A DNA stretch of 64,000 nt from Oscillospiraceae bacterium (GTDB taxonomy: Bacteria; Bacillota; Clostridia; Oscillospirales; Oscillospiraceae): contig JAFYPO010000038.1 in assembly GCA_017547505.1 (NCBI GenBank), positions 1 through 64,000 of the forward strand. The letters are read 5' to 3'. Below, one piece after another: positions 1 to 9,608 of the stretch. Within the stretch, counting starts at the first letter, position 1; each line of letters starts with the position of its first letter. The translations under genes and the position numbers were made by a program. The notes beneath the pieces are model-generated. The model was not told where the DNA came from, ran no database searches, and saw only the letters and a list, made by a program, of their open reading frames with translations.

Positions 1-369
1 ATCACACCGGAAGAAAGAAACCAGATCCTCCAGTTTGTCAGTGAACTTCCAGATTATATGGAGATCGAAGTCGATGGCAGAAACTTCTATCTGGTGCATG
101 GAAATGTGGCCAGCACCCGGGTCGAACGGATCTGGGACCGGCCAGACCCACCACCGGACGAACCGCCCATACCCGGAGCGACCGTCATCTGCGGCCACAC
201 CTGTACTTATTTCCTCAACCTTTATACCGAAGAATATGACGAGAATGGACCATTTGAAATCTTCCACGCACCCGGCCTAATTGGCATCGACTGTGGCTGC
301 GGCAATGAAACGGTCTTGCGTAGGCTTGCTTGCCTACGATTGGAAGATCTGCACGAGTTCTATGTGTGA
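1..369 (+). CDS. Calcineurin-like metallophosphoesterase (Ser/Thr phosphatase family), C-terminal part; starts upstream of the window
   Basis: Frame is open from base 1; motifs LVHG, ICGHT and IDCGCG followed by LACLRL match the C-terminal metallophosphoesterase motifs. Confidence 0.75.
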   Translation: MTPEERNQILQFVSELPDYMEIEVDGRNFYLVHGNVASTRVERIWDRPDPPPDEPPIPGATVICGHTCTYFLNLYTEEYDENGPFEIFHAPGLIGIDCGCGNETVLRRLACLRLEDLHEFYV

Positions 370-459
370 GATGACATTAGAAGAAAAACGGGAAACCTTT
401 GCGGCAATTGCCAAAATGCACCAAAGGTTTCCCGTTTTATTCGATGATGATTCTGAAGA

Positions 460-1270
460 TTAAGCTGGTAAAACCTCCAGCTCTAATCCGTTGCGAAATT
501 TAAATACCAGGCGGCCATCGTGATAGGCGGTGACCACATCCAAAGTTACTGCCCAGATGTAGGGATCGAACTCTGTTAGCGGTTCATCTCTTTCTCTCAG
601 TTCAAAAAGGAAGCCGCCGATTATGCAGGCTTGGTCATCCCGCGCCTGTTTCTTCTTACTGAGATCCGCCAGCTTTGCGGAAGTCGCTTCGAAGCGATCC
701 ATGAGCGAAGCATAGCGTTTTCCGTATTCCTCTTGATCGATGGCATCGCTGGCATTCTGGGCGATACATTTGCGAATCAGTTCAGTCAACGCTTCCTGCT
801 CATCGACCATAGCAGAAATCTCTGCGTCAATCTCTGTGCAATCCGTAAGGGTACGCTGCATAATTAGGCCATCCTCGATCAATGCAGCACGGTTATCAAT
901 TATGGTATTGAATGCCATAACGAATGCAGCCTTGACCGTTTCTTCATCAAGGTGAGGTGTGCGGCATCGTTCGTCCCCAGCAAACTTGCTGTTGCACTGC
1001 CAGATCGTGCGTCGGTATTTGGAGTTGGAGTGCCAGGTCTTGGAGCCGTAATAGTCACCGCAATCTCCGCAAATGATGTGGGTGGCCAAAACGCTCTGTC
1101 CGCTATACCTTCTGGTGAGGGATTTTCTGCGTTTGATCTCTGCCTGGACAATGGCGAACTCCCAAGGTTGCACAATGGCTTGATGGCTGTTCTCAACATA
1201 GTATTGAGGCACCTTGCCATCATTGGTGATTTTCTTCTTGGTCAGAAAATCCAGGGTGTAGGTTTTCTGC
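460..1270 (-). pseudogene. 5'-truncated large serine recombinase (end of recombinase domain, zinc ribbon, coiled coil); catalytic domain missing
   Basis: Reads QKTYTLDFLTKK...PQYYVENSHQAIV...CGDCG...WQC, collinear with the C-terminal half of the 3042-4661 protein; similarity stops at about 1270 and there is no YxRVS motif. Confidence 0.8.
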
Positions 1271-1277
1271 CTTGCAA

Positions 1278-1294
1278 CGATACCCTTGATACAA
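1278..1294. repeat. Left subterminal inverted repeat (putative att arm)
   Basis: Reverse complement TTGTATCAAGGGTATCG matches TTGTATCAATGGTTTCG at 59480-59496 (15/17). Confidence 0.65.
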
Positions 1295-1310
1295 TAACAC
1301 GATTATCGCA

Positions 1311-1351
1311 AGGGGGTTCATAAGGGGGTTCAAATTGCTTTAGGGGGTTCA
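1311..1351 (+). repeat. Three direct copies of AGGGGGTTCA
   Basis: Copies at 1311-1320, 1323-1332 and 1342-1351; same motif recurs at 59327-59336 and inverted at 59406-59415. Confidence 0.85.
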
Positions 1352-1508
1352 AAGCCTCAAAAACTCCGAATTTACGCAGTTTTTTGAAACTTTACGGCTG
1401 CAAGGTGGTTGCTGTGTGCAATGGCGGGTACTGTCGATAATTGTCGAAATGTTATTCTTGACAGCGTTTCACCGCGCCATTATGTACGCAAAAATATGGG
1501 CAAAAAAC

Positions 1509-1567
1509 TGGGCTACACTTTATGAAATCGCACCCTCAAAGGGACTCAAAATCAAAAGTGTAGCCCA
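1509..1567. repeat. 13-bp inverted repeat just downstream of recombinase 3
   Basis: TGGGCTACACTTT (1509-1521) / AAAGTGTAGCCCA (1555-1567). Confidence 0.6.
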
Positions 1568-1570
1568 ATT

Positions 1571-3058
1571 CTATTTGACGCTGATGCGAATGCCGGACTG
1601 GAAAACCACGGTCATTTTTTCATCAGAGTGTACCTCAATAAAGTCAAGAGTCCGCAGCATCAAGGCATAGTCAAAACCATCTAGTCTGCCCACGCTGTCC
1701 ATCAGACCGATCATCTCTTTTGCTCTGAGCCTAGTGAGTGCATTGTCCGTGGTTTCAAGGGTTCTTTGCAGGATCGGTTGATACCGTGTTTTCTTGCTGA
1801 CCACTTGGTTCCAGGCACGAACAAAAACCTTCTTCGGATATTCAACGGGGATTCTGATGTCCGAACAAATCATTGGGCGCGGTGGTGTAGGGTGATTGTA
1901 CTTTTCTCGATAGGCAATCATTGCAGGAGAAGGGTTCTCCACTCTTAGGCGTGATGGCGGTGTGTACATCATTCCCGGTACAGCCACAGAGGAATGGTCG
2001 CGCCGACTGGTACACCGATACCACTGAATCAGTTCCCGGTTATGTCCCGCACTTGTATAGCTACCATATTTCTTACCACAATATGGACAAACCAACATAT
2101 TGGTAAAAGGATATTCTTCGCTTTGCCTCAGACCGTTTCCTGAGTGCCTTTTCCGTAATTCCTGCACAGCCAACCACTCCTCTCTGGGTATAATTGCAGG
2201 CATGACATCTTCCACCAGAAACTGTGGGAGTTCTCCACGATTTTGGATGGGCTTATGTGTGAGCGGCGATTCAATAAAGGTCTTTTGAAACAGGCAGTCA
2301 CCGCAATATTTCTCGTTCTCCAGAATATTGAAGACCGTTCGATTTGCCCAGGTTGCCCCCGGATTTTTTGTGGGAACACCGTCCTTCCGCAGCCGAGCGG
2401 AGATATATTCATAGTTGTGCCCGGCGAGGAAGTAGTCATAGATCATACGGACGATTGCTGCCTCTTCTTCTATAATAGTAATCTCGCCGTCCTTCTGCTG
2501 GAACCCCAACATAGTACTGACGGCGAGACTTTCAACGATTCCTTTTTCATACCTTTTACGCTTACCCCATTTGATGTTGTCAGACATACTGACTGCTTCA
2601 GATTCTGCTACAGCAGCCATAAGGGTGAGCAGCAACTCACCCTCGGAAGAACAGGTATGCAGGTTTTCTTTTTCAAAATAAACATCAATCCCAAGGCTGC
2701 GGAGTTCTCTTGTGAATACCAGGGTATCTACGGTGTTGCGACCGAAACGTGATACGCTCTTGGTTATGATGGCGTCAACTTTCCCGGCTCGGCAATCCTC
2801 GATCAACCGGAGAAAGTTGGTACGGTTTCGTGTTCGTGTACCGGAGGTGCCTCTGTCGGCATATATGTCTACCAACTCAGCATCGGGATCTTCTGCAATC
2901 AGCTTGGTGTAATAACTGACTTGCGCCCCAAGGCTGTGGTTCTGTTCTTCAGCCTGCGTTGACACACGGCAGTAGGCAGCAATTCTCCGTTTTGGTGGAT
3001 TCTCTTCTGATGCCATCCGTGGGTATATTACTGTCATTTTTCTATTGGCGTCTGACAT
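1571..3058 (-). CDS. Large serine recombinase 3
   Basis: YCRVST catalytic motif, D.GTSG, KSVSRFGR, NEKYCGD recombinase domain, CPYC zinc ribbon. Confidence 0.93.
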   Translation of the reverse strand: MSDANRKMTVIYPRMASEENPPKRRIAAYCRVSTQAEEQNHSLGAQVSYYTKLIAEDPDAELVDIYADRGTSGTRTRNRTNFLRLIEDCRAGKVDAIITKSVSRFGRNTVDTLVFTRELRSLGIDVYFEKENLHTCSSEGELLLTLMAAVAESEAVSMSDNIKWGKRKRYEKGIVESLAVSTMLGFQQKDGEITIIEEEAAIVRMIYDYFLAGHNYEYISARLRKDGVPTKNPGATWANRTVFNILENEKYCGDCLFQKTFIESPLTHKPIQNRGELPQFLVEDVMPAIIPREEWLAVQELRKRHSGNGLRQSEEYPFTNMLVCPYCGKKYGSYTSAGHNRELIQWYRCTSRRDHSSVAVPGMMYTPPSRLRVENPSPAMIAYREKYNHPTPPRPMICSDIRIPVEYPKKVFVRAWNQVVSKKTRYQPILQRTLETTDNALTRLRAKEMIGLMDSVGRLDGFDYALMLRTLDFIEVHSDEKMTVVFQSGIRISVK

Positions 3059-4661
3059 ACTGCCGTACCCCCTTCTGGATCGTTTGGGTGGTTTCCGTGC
3101 CGTCTCTGAAAAGGAAGGTCACGGTGCAGTCCGCATTCACCGTCACATAGTTTATAGTTGCCTGGAACACCAACGGATCAAATGCCGTAAGGGGGCCGTC
3201 ATGCTTTTCCAGTTCTTCAAGGAAAGCATTGACCAACAGCCGTTTGGCAGCCATAAGGGATATCTGCTTTGCAAGTTCCAGTTTCTCTTGCTGAAGTTCC
3301 TCGTGGCGGCTCATGTACTGTTCATACCGTGCGTTGGTGTCCTCGCTGCCGCCACGCTGTTTACTGCTGTTCATGAGCAGATTGTTGACGAGCGTGGTTA
3401 TGTCAGCAGTTTCCTGCTGAATGGCTTCCATTCTTGCCTTCAGGGCGCTGTCATCGGTGATGGCATCCAGGCACTCTGCGTAGTTGGCTGCGATTTCCTC
3501 TTTCCGATCCAGTATGCCGTTGAAAGCGGCCACAAAGCATTCTTCAATGCTCTCTTCCTTCAAAGTGGGTGTTTGGCAATGCTCCCGTTTCATAAACTTA
3601 TTATTGCAGTGCCAGCGCCAAGATTCGTGCGGTGTGCCGGAATGCCACTTTTTTCTGCCGTAAAAACACCCGCAGTCACCGCATACGATACGGCCAGAGA
3701 AAATAGACACGCATTGGGCGCGCCCACCGGCAGCCTCGCGTCTGCGGAACTCCTCTTGAACCATCTCATAGACCTCCGGCTTGATGATTGCCGGATGATT
3801 CTCAGAAACGTAAAAAATGGGTAACTGACCTGTGTTTTTCTGCATTTTATGATCCAAGAAGGATGTAGTAAAGCACTTTTGTAATTTTGCGTCCCCGCGA
3901 TATTTCTCGTTGTGAAGGATGCTGATTATCGTGGAAGGATGCCACTTGGTCTTTCTCGCAGGCGTGGGAATGCCATCTGCGGTGAGTTGCTTTGCGATTT
4001 CTCCGGGAGATTTTCCTGCAAGGTATTCATCGTAAATCCTGCGGACGACAACAGCCTCTTCTTCCACGATCTCCATATCACCGGGGTTGGCACCTTTCTT
4101 GTATCCAAGAAAATTACTGTAACCCAGGCTCATAATGCCGTCTGCAAAGCGCTTGCGTTGTCCCCAGGTAGTGTTCTCACTGATAGATCTGCTTTCTTCC
4201 TGGGCAAGGCTGGACATGATGGTGATCAGCAATTCGCCCTTGGAGTCCAAAGTGAAAATGTTCTCCTTTTCAAAGTACACTTCCACACCCTTGTCCTTCA
4301 GCTTGCGGACGGTGGTAAGGCTATCGACCGTATTGCGGGCAAAACGGCTGACGGACTTCGTAACAATGAGGTCAATTTTTCCTGAGAGGGCATCCTCGAT
4401 CATTCTGTTAAAACCATCACGGCGCTTGATACTGGTGCCCGTTATACCCTCATCAGAATAAATGTCCACGAAGATCCATTCCGGATTGCTCTTGATGTAC
4501 CGGGTGTAATACTCAATCTGGGCTTCATAGCTGTTCTGCTGTTCGTCCTTTTCGGTCGAAACACGGGCATACGCAGCAACTCTACGCTTTTTGACGGATA
4601 TTTGTGACTGCGCCGATAAAATGGGCGCTGTTGCTTGAATTACCTTTACATTCTTAGCCAT
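3042..4661 (-). CDS. Large serine recombinase 2
   Basis: YARVST, DEGITGT, KSVSRFAR, NEKYRGD, CGDCG zinc ribbon, coiled coil. Confidence 0.95.
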   Translation of the reverse strand: MAKNVKVIQATAPILSAQSQISVKKRRVAAYARVSTEKDEQQNSYEAQIEYYTRYIKSNPEWIFVDIYSDEGITGTSIKRRDGFNRMIEDALSGKIDLIVTKSVSRFARNTVDSLTTVRKLKDKGVEVYFEKENIFTLDSKGELLITIMSSLAQEESRSISENTTWGQRKRFADGIMSLGYSNFLGYKKGANPGDMEIVEEEAVVVRRIYDEYLAGKSPGEIAKQLTADGIPTPARKTKWHPSTIISILHNEKYRGDAKLQKCFTTSFLDHKMQKNTGQLPIFYVSENHPAIIKPEVYEMVQEEFRRREAAGGRAQCVSIFSGRIVCGDCGCFYGRKKWHSGTPHESWRWHCNNKFMKREHCQTPTLKEESIEECFVAAFNGILDRKEEIAANYAECLDAITDDSALKARMEAIQQETADITTLVNNLLMNSSKQRGGSEDTNARYEQYMSRHEELQQEKLELAKQISLMAAKRLLVNAFLEELEKHDGPLTAFDPLVFQATINYVTVNADCTVTFLFRDGTETTQTIQKGVRQYVRRQ

Positions 4662-5949
4662 TGGCGCTGCTCCTTTCTAAGGCTTTTTGCCGTGCAGCCT
4701 CACGCATTTCATCAGTCCAGCTGTCACTGCGGGAGCGGTCTTTCCATCGATGCTCCTTAACCAAGCCGGAAGCGAAAACAAAGCGGAGAAGGTTGTCCGG
4801 GCAAGCCTCGATGTACTCGATTTGGCTTTGGAAAGCCTCTTCATCAAAATGACGCATTCCCATAACCTCTGCGGTGGCGGCTTGCAAGGTAGCCTCTGGG
4901 ATAACCTTGGACGCACAGTATTTCTTGCCCTTGGTATTAAATGTGCTGCAGCACCAGACCAGATTGTATGCCGTGGTTTTTCTCCGGTAATTCTTTCCGC
5001 AGATGGAGCAGCGAATCTTTCGGCTGAATGCAGTCTCATGACCTTTCGGATGTACATACGCCGATCTTCTCTGTGCCATCAGATTCTGCACCGCCCCAAA
5101 AACGGCCTTGTCGACGATTGCTTCATGGTCGTCCTCTACATAGTACTGCGGGAGTTCTCCCCGGTTGGGTACACGCACTTTTGAAATGTGGTCCCCAACA
5201 AAGCATTTTTGAAGGAGCAGGTCTCCGGTATATTTTTCATTTTGCAGGACGCTCCGTACTTTGGAAATACGCCACTCACGGCCTTTGACGGTACGATGAC
5301 CTTCCTCATTAATGATGTTGGCAATTTTCTGCATTCCATAGCCCTGGTAATACAGTTCAAAAATGCGGCGAACCGTTTCTACCTCCTCGGGAACAATGGT
5401 GATTTCACCGTCCACCAATCGGTATCCGAGCATCTGACACGTGGATGCCTTGCCTTGCTCAAAGCCCTTGCGAATACGCCACTTTTGGTTTTCGCTTGCG
5501 GAGAGGCTTTCTTCCTGGGCAAAGGATGCCAACAATGTGAGCATCAGTTCGCCATCGGCGCTGAGGGTAGAAATGTCCTGTTCCTCAAAGTAGACATCGA
5601 TGCCCAGACGCTGCAACTCTCGGACTGTTTCAAGAAGCGTCACCGTGTTACGGGCGAATCTGGAAATAGCCTTGGTCACGATCATGTCAATTTTCCCGGC
5701 TCTACAGTCCTCCAAAAGTAGCTGAAACTGCTCACGGCTTTCCTTGGTACCGGTCTTGGCTTCATCAGCGTAAATACCGGCAAATACCCATTCGGGATTC
5801 CGATTGATATAATCGTGGTAATAATCAATCTGGGCCTTCAAGGAATGGAGCATCGCGTCCTTGCCACTGGACACTCTTGCATACGCAGCCACACGCAGTT
5901 TCTTCTGCGGTTGCACTTGCTGCGGTGTGATATCAAATACATTTTTCAT
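4654..5949 (-). CDS. Large serine recombinase 1 (short C-terminus, no long coiled coil)
   Basis: YARVSS, KAISRFAR, NEKYTGD, CSICG; start moved to MKNVF, which has an AAGGGGTG RBS. Confidence 0.93.
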   Translation of the reverse strand: MKNVFDITPQQVQPQKKLRVAAYARVSSGKDAMLHSLKAQIDYYHDYINRNPEWVFAGIYADEAKTGTKESREQFQLLLEDCRAGKIDMIVTKAISRFARNTVTLLETVRELQRLGIDVYFEEQDISTLSADGELMLTLLASFAQEESLSASENQKWRIRKGFEQGKASTCQMLGYRLVDGEITIVPEEVETVRRIFELYYQGYGMQKIANIINEEGHRTVKGREWRISKVRSVLQNEKYTGDLLLQKCFVGDHISKVRVPNRGELPQYYVEDDHEAIVDKAVFGAVQNLMAQRRSAYVHPKGHETAFSRKIRCSICGKNYRRKTTAYNLVWCCSTFNTKGKKYCASKVIPEATLQAATAEVMGMRHFDEEAFQSQIEYIEACPDNLLRFVFASGLVKEHRWKDRSRSDSWTDEMREAARQKALERSSANG

Positions 5950-5972
5950 GGTTTTCACCCCTTTCGTAGCGT

Positions 5973-6005
5973 ACATATTACCTCTGAATCGGACTATTAT
6001 CCAGT
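5973..6005 (-). promoter_or_regulatory. Conserved phage promoter-like motif, copy 1
   Basis: Minus strand ACTGGATA-N15-GGTAATATGT; identical boxes and spacing at 25422-25454 and 27014-27046. Confidence 0.65.
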
Positions 6006-6172
6006 TGTATTTGAGATATATATCCGACAAATATAGGGCGGTATTTGTCGGTCAAAATTGTCTTAATTTTTGCGTAGTCCTCTTCGCTGATCACGCCATC
6101 TTTTAAGAGACAAGTGAATGGCTTTAACGATGCGTGGTATGCCATTTCAGACTGAAGCTGGTCTTTTGTCAT
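5978..6172 (-). CDS. SHOCT-domain small protein of the recombinase cassette
   Basis: LLKDGVISEEDY..IK SHOCT-like motif; directly upstream of the recombinases. Confidence 0.7.
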   Translation of the reverse strand: MTKDQLQSEMAYHASLKPFTCLLKDGVISEEDYAKIKTILTDKYRPIFVGYISQIQLDNSPIQR

Positions 6173-6579
6173 TGCAACTCACCTCCGTGAAAGCGGTCTG
6201 CAATATAGCAACCATGAGAACAGTATTTCCTGGTGCTGCTTTTGGTAACGCTAAAAGGCTTACCACAATAGCTGCAGATGACCTGGCGGTCACCACGGTG
6301 CTTGACCAGTTCCGGGTGGGCATTCCACCACTTAGTTCTGCAAGCATCGGAGCAGAAAACTCTGCGTTTCCTTCCAGGCGTTTGCACCAGAGTCATTCCG
6401 CAGCACTTACACACATTTTCTGTGCTGCAAGGTTGGTTTATAACCGCACCGCCCAAGGCATTCCTTTTGCAGTAAGTTTTCACCGTATTTACGGACAATC
6501 CCATAAGTTGTCCGATTTTCTTATAGCCGTATCCCTGTGTACGTAGGGTTGTGATTTGATCCTTTTGCTGATTAGTCAT
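6169..6579 (-). CDS. HTH (sigma region 4-like) plus Cys-rich zinc-finger regulator
   Basis: GYGYKKIGQLMGLSVNTVKTYC helix-turn-helix, then CxxC...FCSxxC twice. Confidence 0.75.
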   Translation of the reverse strand: MTNQQKDQITTLRTQGYGYKKIGQLMGLSVNTVKTYCKRNALGGAVINQPCSTENVCKCCGMTLVQTPGRKRRVFCSDACRTKWWNAHPELVKHRGDRQVICSYCGKPFSVTKSSTRKYCSHGCYIADRFHGGELQ

Positions 6580-6613
6580 AGTGAGTGTCCTCCAATCCGA
6601 GGATGTTTCTCCT

Positions 6614-6649
6614 CACTTGCCACCGGACATGAGATTGCCGTTTGGTCCC
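6614..6649 (-). promoter_or_regulatory. 36-bp repeat, copy 1 (putative phage-sigma promoter)
   Basis: 34/36 identical to 43866-43901. Confidence 0.65.
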
Positions 6650-6660
6650 TAAAAAAGAGC

Positions 6661-6701
6661 AAAAAAATAAGCCCTCCAAGGAAATAAATCCTCAGAGGGC
6701 T
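6661..6701 (-). terminator. Intrinsic terminator after the endolysin
   Basis: AGCCCTC/GAGGGCT stem followed by a T-run on the minus strand. Confidence 0.65.
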
Positions 6702-6716
6702 ATGGTGGTATCCGTA

Positions 6717-7694
6717 TTAGATTTTCTTTGCAAAGTCCAGAGAGATCCATCCTGCTCCAGATTTCAGCTTGCCCCAGAGGGTTGCGCCGGAGCCTTTGCT
6801 TTCTTCCACAATGGTGAAGATGCCTTTTCCGGTGAAACGGCCTGTCTTGCCGTAGTCGGTGCCGGGGCCTTTACGGATGTTTAGATTGCTGATGGACACC
6901 TGCACACGGTAAGGCTCGAAGGACTTCTCGGCTTCCGTCACCTCAGCTTTGTTCTCAACTGGATAGACAGCGTTGCCGTCATTGTCGAAAACGAAAGTGC
7001 CGGGATTCTTGTCCGCAGCTTTCTTTGCGTTCTTCAGCACACGATACGCACCCACCTGGCTCTTGCTGTCCTTCCAAGTCCTACGCACACGGTAGTAGCC
7101 GGTGGTCAGCTTTTCGGGTAGCGTGGGTTCTACAGGTGCTTCTGCCTTCGTATCTTCGGTGACATTCAGCCTTGCGTTGACCGCATCGGCAATGGCACCG
7201 TGGCGCTCGTACAGATAGTCACCGGGACAGGACTTGTTGGCGTAGTCCCTGTGAACGGTCATATTGCAGCCATTCAGATGGTTTACACGTTCGTTTTTGT
7301 CGGTAGACCACACCAGTTTCTTGATGCCGTTTCGCTGGCAAATATCCACGCAGAGATCGATGAGTGCAGCGTAGGCTTTGTCATTGACCGCATAAGGGTG
7401 CTTGGTGTCGGATGCTACCTCGATGGTAATGGCGCGGTGATCATTGGCGGCATTGGAAGAACACCAGGAGCGGTCTTTCTCCTCGCAGTACATACCAATG
7501 CGACCGTCCACACCGACACCATAGTTGGAGGATGCCTTTCGGCTCTCCGGTGCAAAGACGTTGCCCAGGGTCTCCACAGAGCATTGACCCACCACGCAGT
7601 GAATGGTGATGGTGTCAATGGCATGGTTACGGTTCTTGGTGCGGTTGGGCGAAATCTTGGTGTAGGATACCAGAGGGCTGTTTGTAAAAGTCAT
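6717..7694 (-). CDS. Endolysin, N-acetylmuramoyl-L-alanine amidase with C-terminal SH3-like domain
   Basis: ITIHC, ASSNY, AITIEV, HR...KSCPG amidase_2 motifs; LNIRKGPG...WGKL...GWISL SH3b. Confidence 0.9.
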   Translation of the reverse strand: MTFTNSPLVSYTKISPNRTKNRNHAIDTITIHCVVGQCSVETLGNVFAPESRKASSNYGVGVDGRIGMYCEEKDRSWCSSNAANDHRAITIEVASDTKHPYAVNDKAYAALIDLCVDICQRNGIKKLVWSTDKNERVNHLNGCNMTVHRDYANKSCPGDYLYERHGAIADAVNARLNVTEDTKAEAPVEPTLPEKLTTGYYRVRRTWKDSKSQVGAYRVLKNAKKAADKNPGTFVFDNDGNAVYPVENKAEVTEAEKSFEPYRVQVSISNLNIRKGPGTDYGKTGRFTGKGIFTIVEESKGSGATLWGKLKSGAGWISLDFAKKI

Positions 7695-7696
7695 GA

Positions 7697-8119
7697 TTAC
7701 TTACCTCCTTCGCCGGGGTTGCTTTTGCGGTCATGAAGCTGAACCAGAATTTCCTTCATCTTCTCAGGGATAGGCAGACCCAGGTGTGCTGCATTCTCAA
7801 GCAGGCTGACACCCTCATTGGAGATGTAGAAGAAAATAACAGCGGTTCTGAGTACGCTGCCATCACCGATGACATTGGCATCAAGGATATGCGCAATGCC
7901 AACCAGGGCAAGAATCAGAACCTTACGGCAGATGCCTTTGAAGCCAACGGCACTGGAAAGGGTCTTGTCCACAACGGCACACATAACTCCGGTGATGTAG
8001 TCCACCACCATAAAGGCAATGAGGGCATAAAGCAGACCATCAAAGCCGCCGAGGAAATAACCCAGCCACCCGCCGACTGCTGCAAAAACAATCTGAATGG
8101 TGTTCCAAAGTTCCTTCAT
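7697..8119 (-). CDS. Phage holin (toxin secretion/phage lysis family)
   Basis: DYITG, GFKGI.RK, NEG.S.LEN...LG.P.P; hydrophobic; adjacent to lysin; AGGAGG RBS. Confidence 0.9.
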   Translation of the reverse strand: MKELWNTIQIVFAAVGGWLGYFLGGFDGLLYALIAFMVVDYITGVMCAVVDKTLSSAVGFKGICRKVLILALVGIAHILDANVIGDGSVLRTAVIFFYISNEGVSLLENAAHLGLPIPEKMKEILVQLHDRKSNPGEGGK

Positions 8120-8194
8120 AATGAGTTCCTCCTTCATAAATTGATGTATGAAAAAAGCGACTGCCCCGGATGGAGCAATCGCAGATTTCTATGG

Positions 8195-9595
8195 TTACTG
8201 TTCTTGAATGATATAGGTGACCTTCATGGTCTTGTCACTGGTCTTTGTGACGGGTTCGGGCAGGTTGTTGATGGTTGCCAGATAGTTGAGCAGGATGATA
8301 TACCCAATAGTGGTCTGGCCTCCGCAACTTACGAAATACAGCATCGGTTCGTTCAGCACAGGGGTATAGCAGTACTGATACTTGGAACTGCCACAGTAGA
8401 TATAGCCGTTCTCCGGGTTCAGAACCTCATCTGTAGCCTCATTTGCAATGTGCAAAATATAGTTGCCGTTGTAGTATTCGTAATAAACTCGACCATTGAC
8501 CGCAAGCTGAGCCTGACCGCTGATGGTCGAACTGCTGTTACGCTTCATTTTCACAACGTTTGCGGAGTTGCCGATTTCAAACTTATAGATGTCATAGGGA
8601 CTGTTATAGGCTTTGATATAGACAAAACCATTGTGACAAAAAGCAAAACGTGTACCACTGGTGGAAATTCGCTCGTTGGCGGTATTGGTCATGTTGTACT
8701 TCGTTACCGTCCAGTTGCTGATGTCGATTTTTGTGATGTTGAAAGCACCGCCGGCATCTTTGTAACTGGCAGAAGATGTGGTGATATACAGACAGTTGGT
8801 CGCATGGTCGAAGTTATAGGAAACGTAGGATGTGTTGAGGGACAGTCCCTCAATGGCAAAGTTCTCGATGTGTTCCTTCTTTGAATACGGACTGGTCAGC
8901 ACCGATACACTCTTGAGATACGCTCTGCGTTTTACGATGGTGATTTTCGATGCACTGTCGATTCGGAAATAATAGGCAATATCGTTTTCGCGGTCGATGA
9001 GGAACAGCAACTCCGTAGTACCAACGGTATAACCGCTGTACTTATCTCCGGTATTACCGCCGGTGTAACTGCTGTAAACATATTGCAAGGAACCGTCATC
9101 TACACGGGCACCCAAGGGATAGGACGAGGACAGAACCGCATCTGCGCCACCGTAGGATGTGTAACCACCATTGACATTGGTTAAGCAAACACAAGAGATG
9201 GTGCCGTTTGCCTGGGAAGTTGTGAAGTCATATACGAACTTCATATAACGGTCGGTAAGGTTGATTTCACTCTCCGTCTGGTTGTAGCCGCCGCGCTTGG
9301 TGCCTTTGGTGTTGTTCTGCGTACCATAAGCGGCGCAGCCAACGAGTGCCACGTCAGCGGGTGGATAAAGGGTGTTAGGATTCTCACCGATTTCCTTATC
9401 AAAGAGCAGAATGCCGCCAAGCAGCTTCTGGTAGTAAGGAGCAAAGGTGTTGTACAGAATACTTGGGTCTTTCGCAAGGCCCAGGGGTTTGAAGATTTCC
9501 GACAGCGCGTTGGTGATCATATTGTGTTCCACCACTTTTTCCGTCTTGCCGGTATGCACGTCGGTCATTTCGATGATCATTTTGCCTTTCAGCAT
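8195..9595 (-). CDS. Putative tail tip/receptor-binding structural protein
   Basis: Last gene of the tail module; HNMITN, YDFTTSQANG.I and PVTKT...MKVTY motifs seen in Firmicute tail proteins; start reset to MLKGK after GGAGGG. Confidence 0.65.
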   Translation of the reverse strand: MLKGKMIIEMTDVHTGKTEKVVEHNMITNALSEIFKPLGLAKDPSILYNTFAPYYQKLLGGILLFDKEIGENPNTLYPPADVALVGCAAYGTQNNTKGTKRGGYNQTESEINLTDRYMKFVYDFTTSQANGTISCVCLTNVNGGYTSYGGADAVLSSSYPLGARVDDGSLQYVYSSYTGGNTGDKYSGYTVGTTELLFLIDRENDIAYYFRIDSASKITIVKRRAYLKSVSVLTSPYSKKEHIENFAIEGLSLNTSYVSYNFDHATNCLYITTSSASYKDAGGAFNITKIDISNWTVTKYNMTNTANERISTSGTRFAFCHNGFVYIKAYNSPYDIYKFEIGNSANVVKMKRNSSSTISGQAQLAVNGRVYYEYYNGNYILHIANEATDEVLNPENGYIYCGSSKYQYCYTPVLNEPMLYFVSCGGQTTIGYIILLNYLATINNLPEPVTKTSDKTMKVTYIIQEQ

Positions 9596-9608
9596 TTCAT
9601 ATCCCTCC

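Noticed and set aside
371-463. 30-codon ORF after the phosphoesterase
   Set aside because: Too short, weak RBS, no recognisable motif
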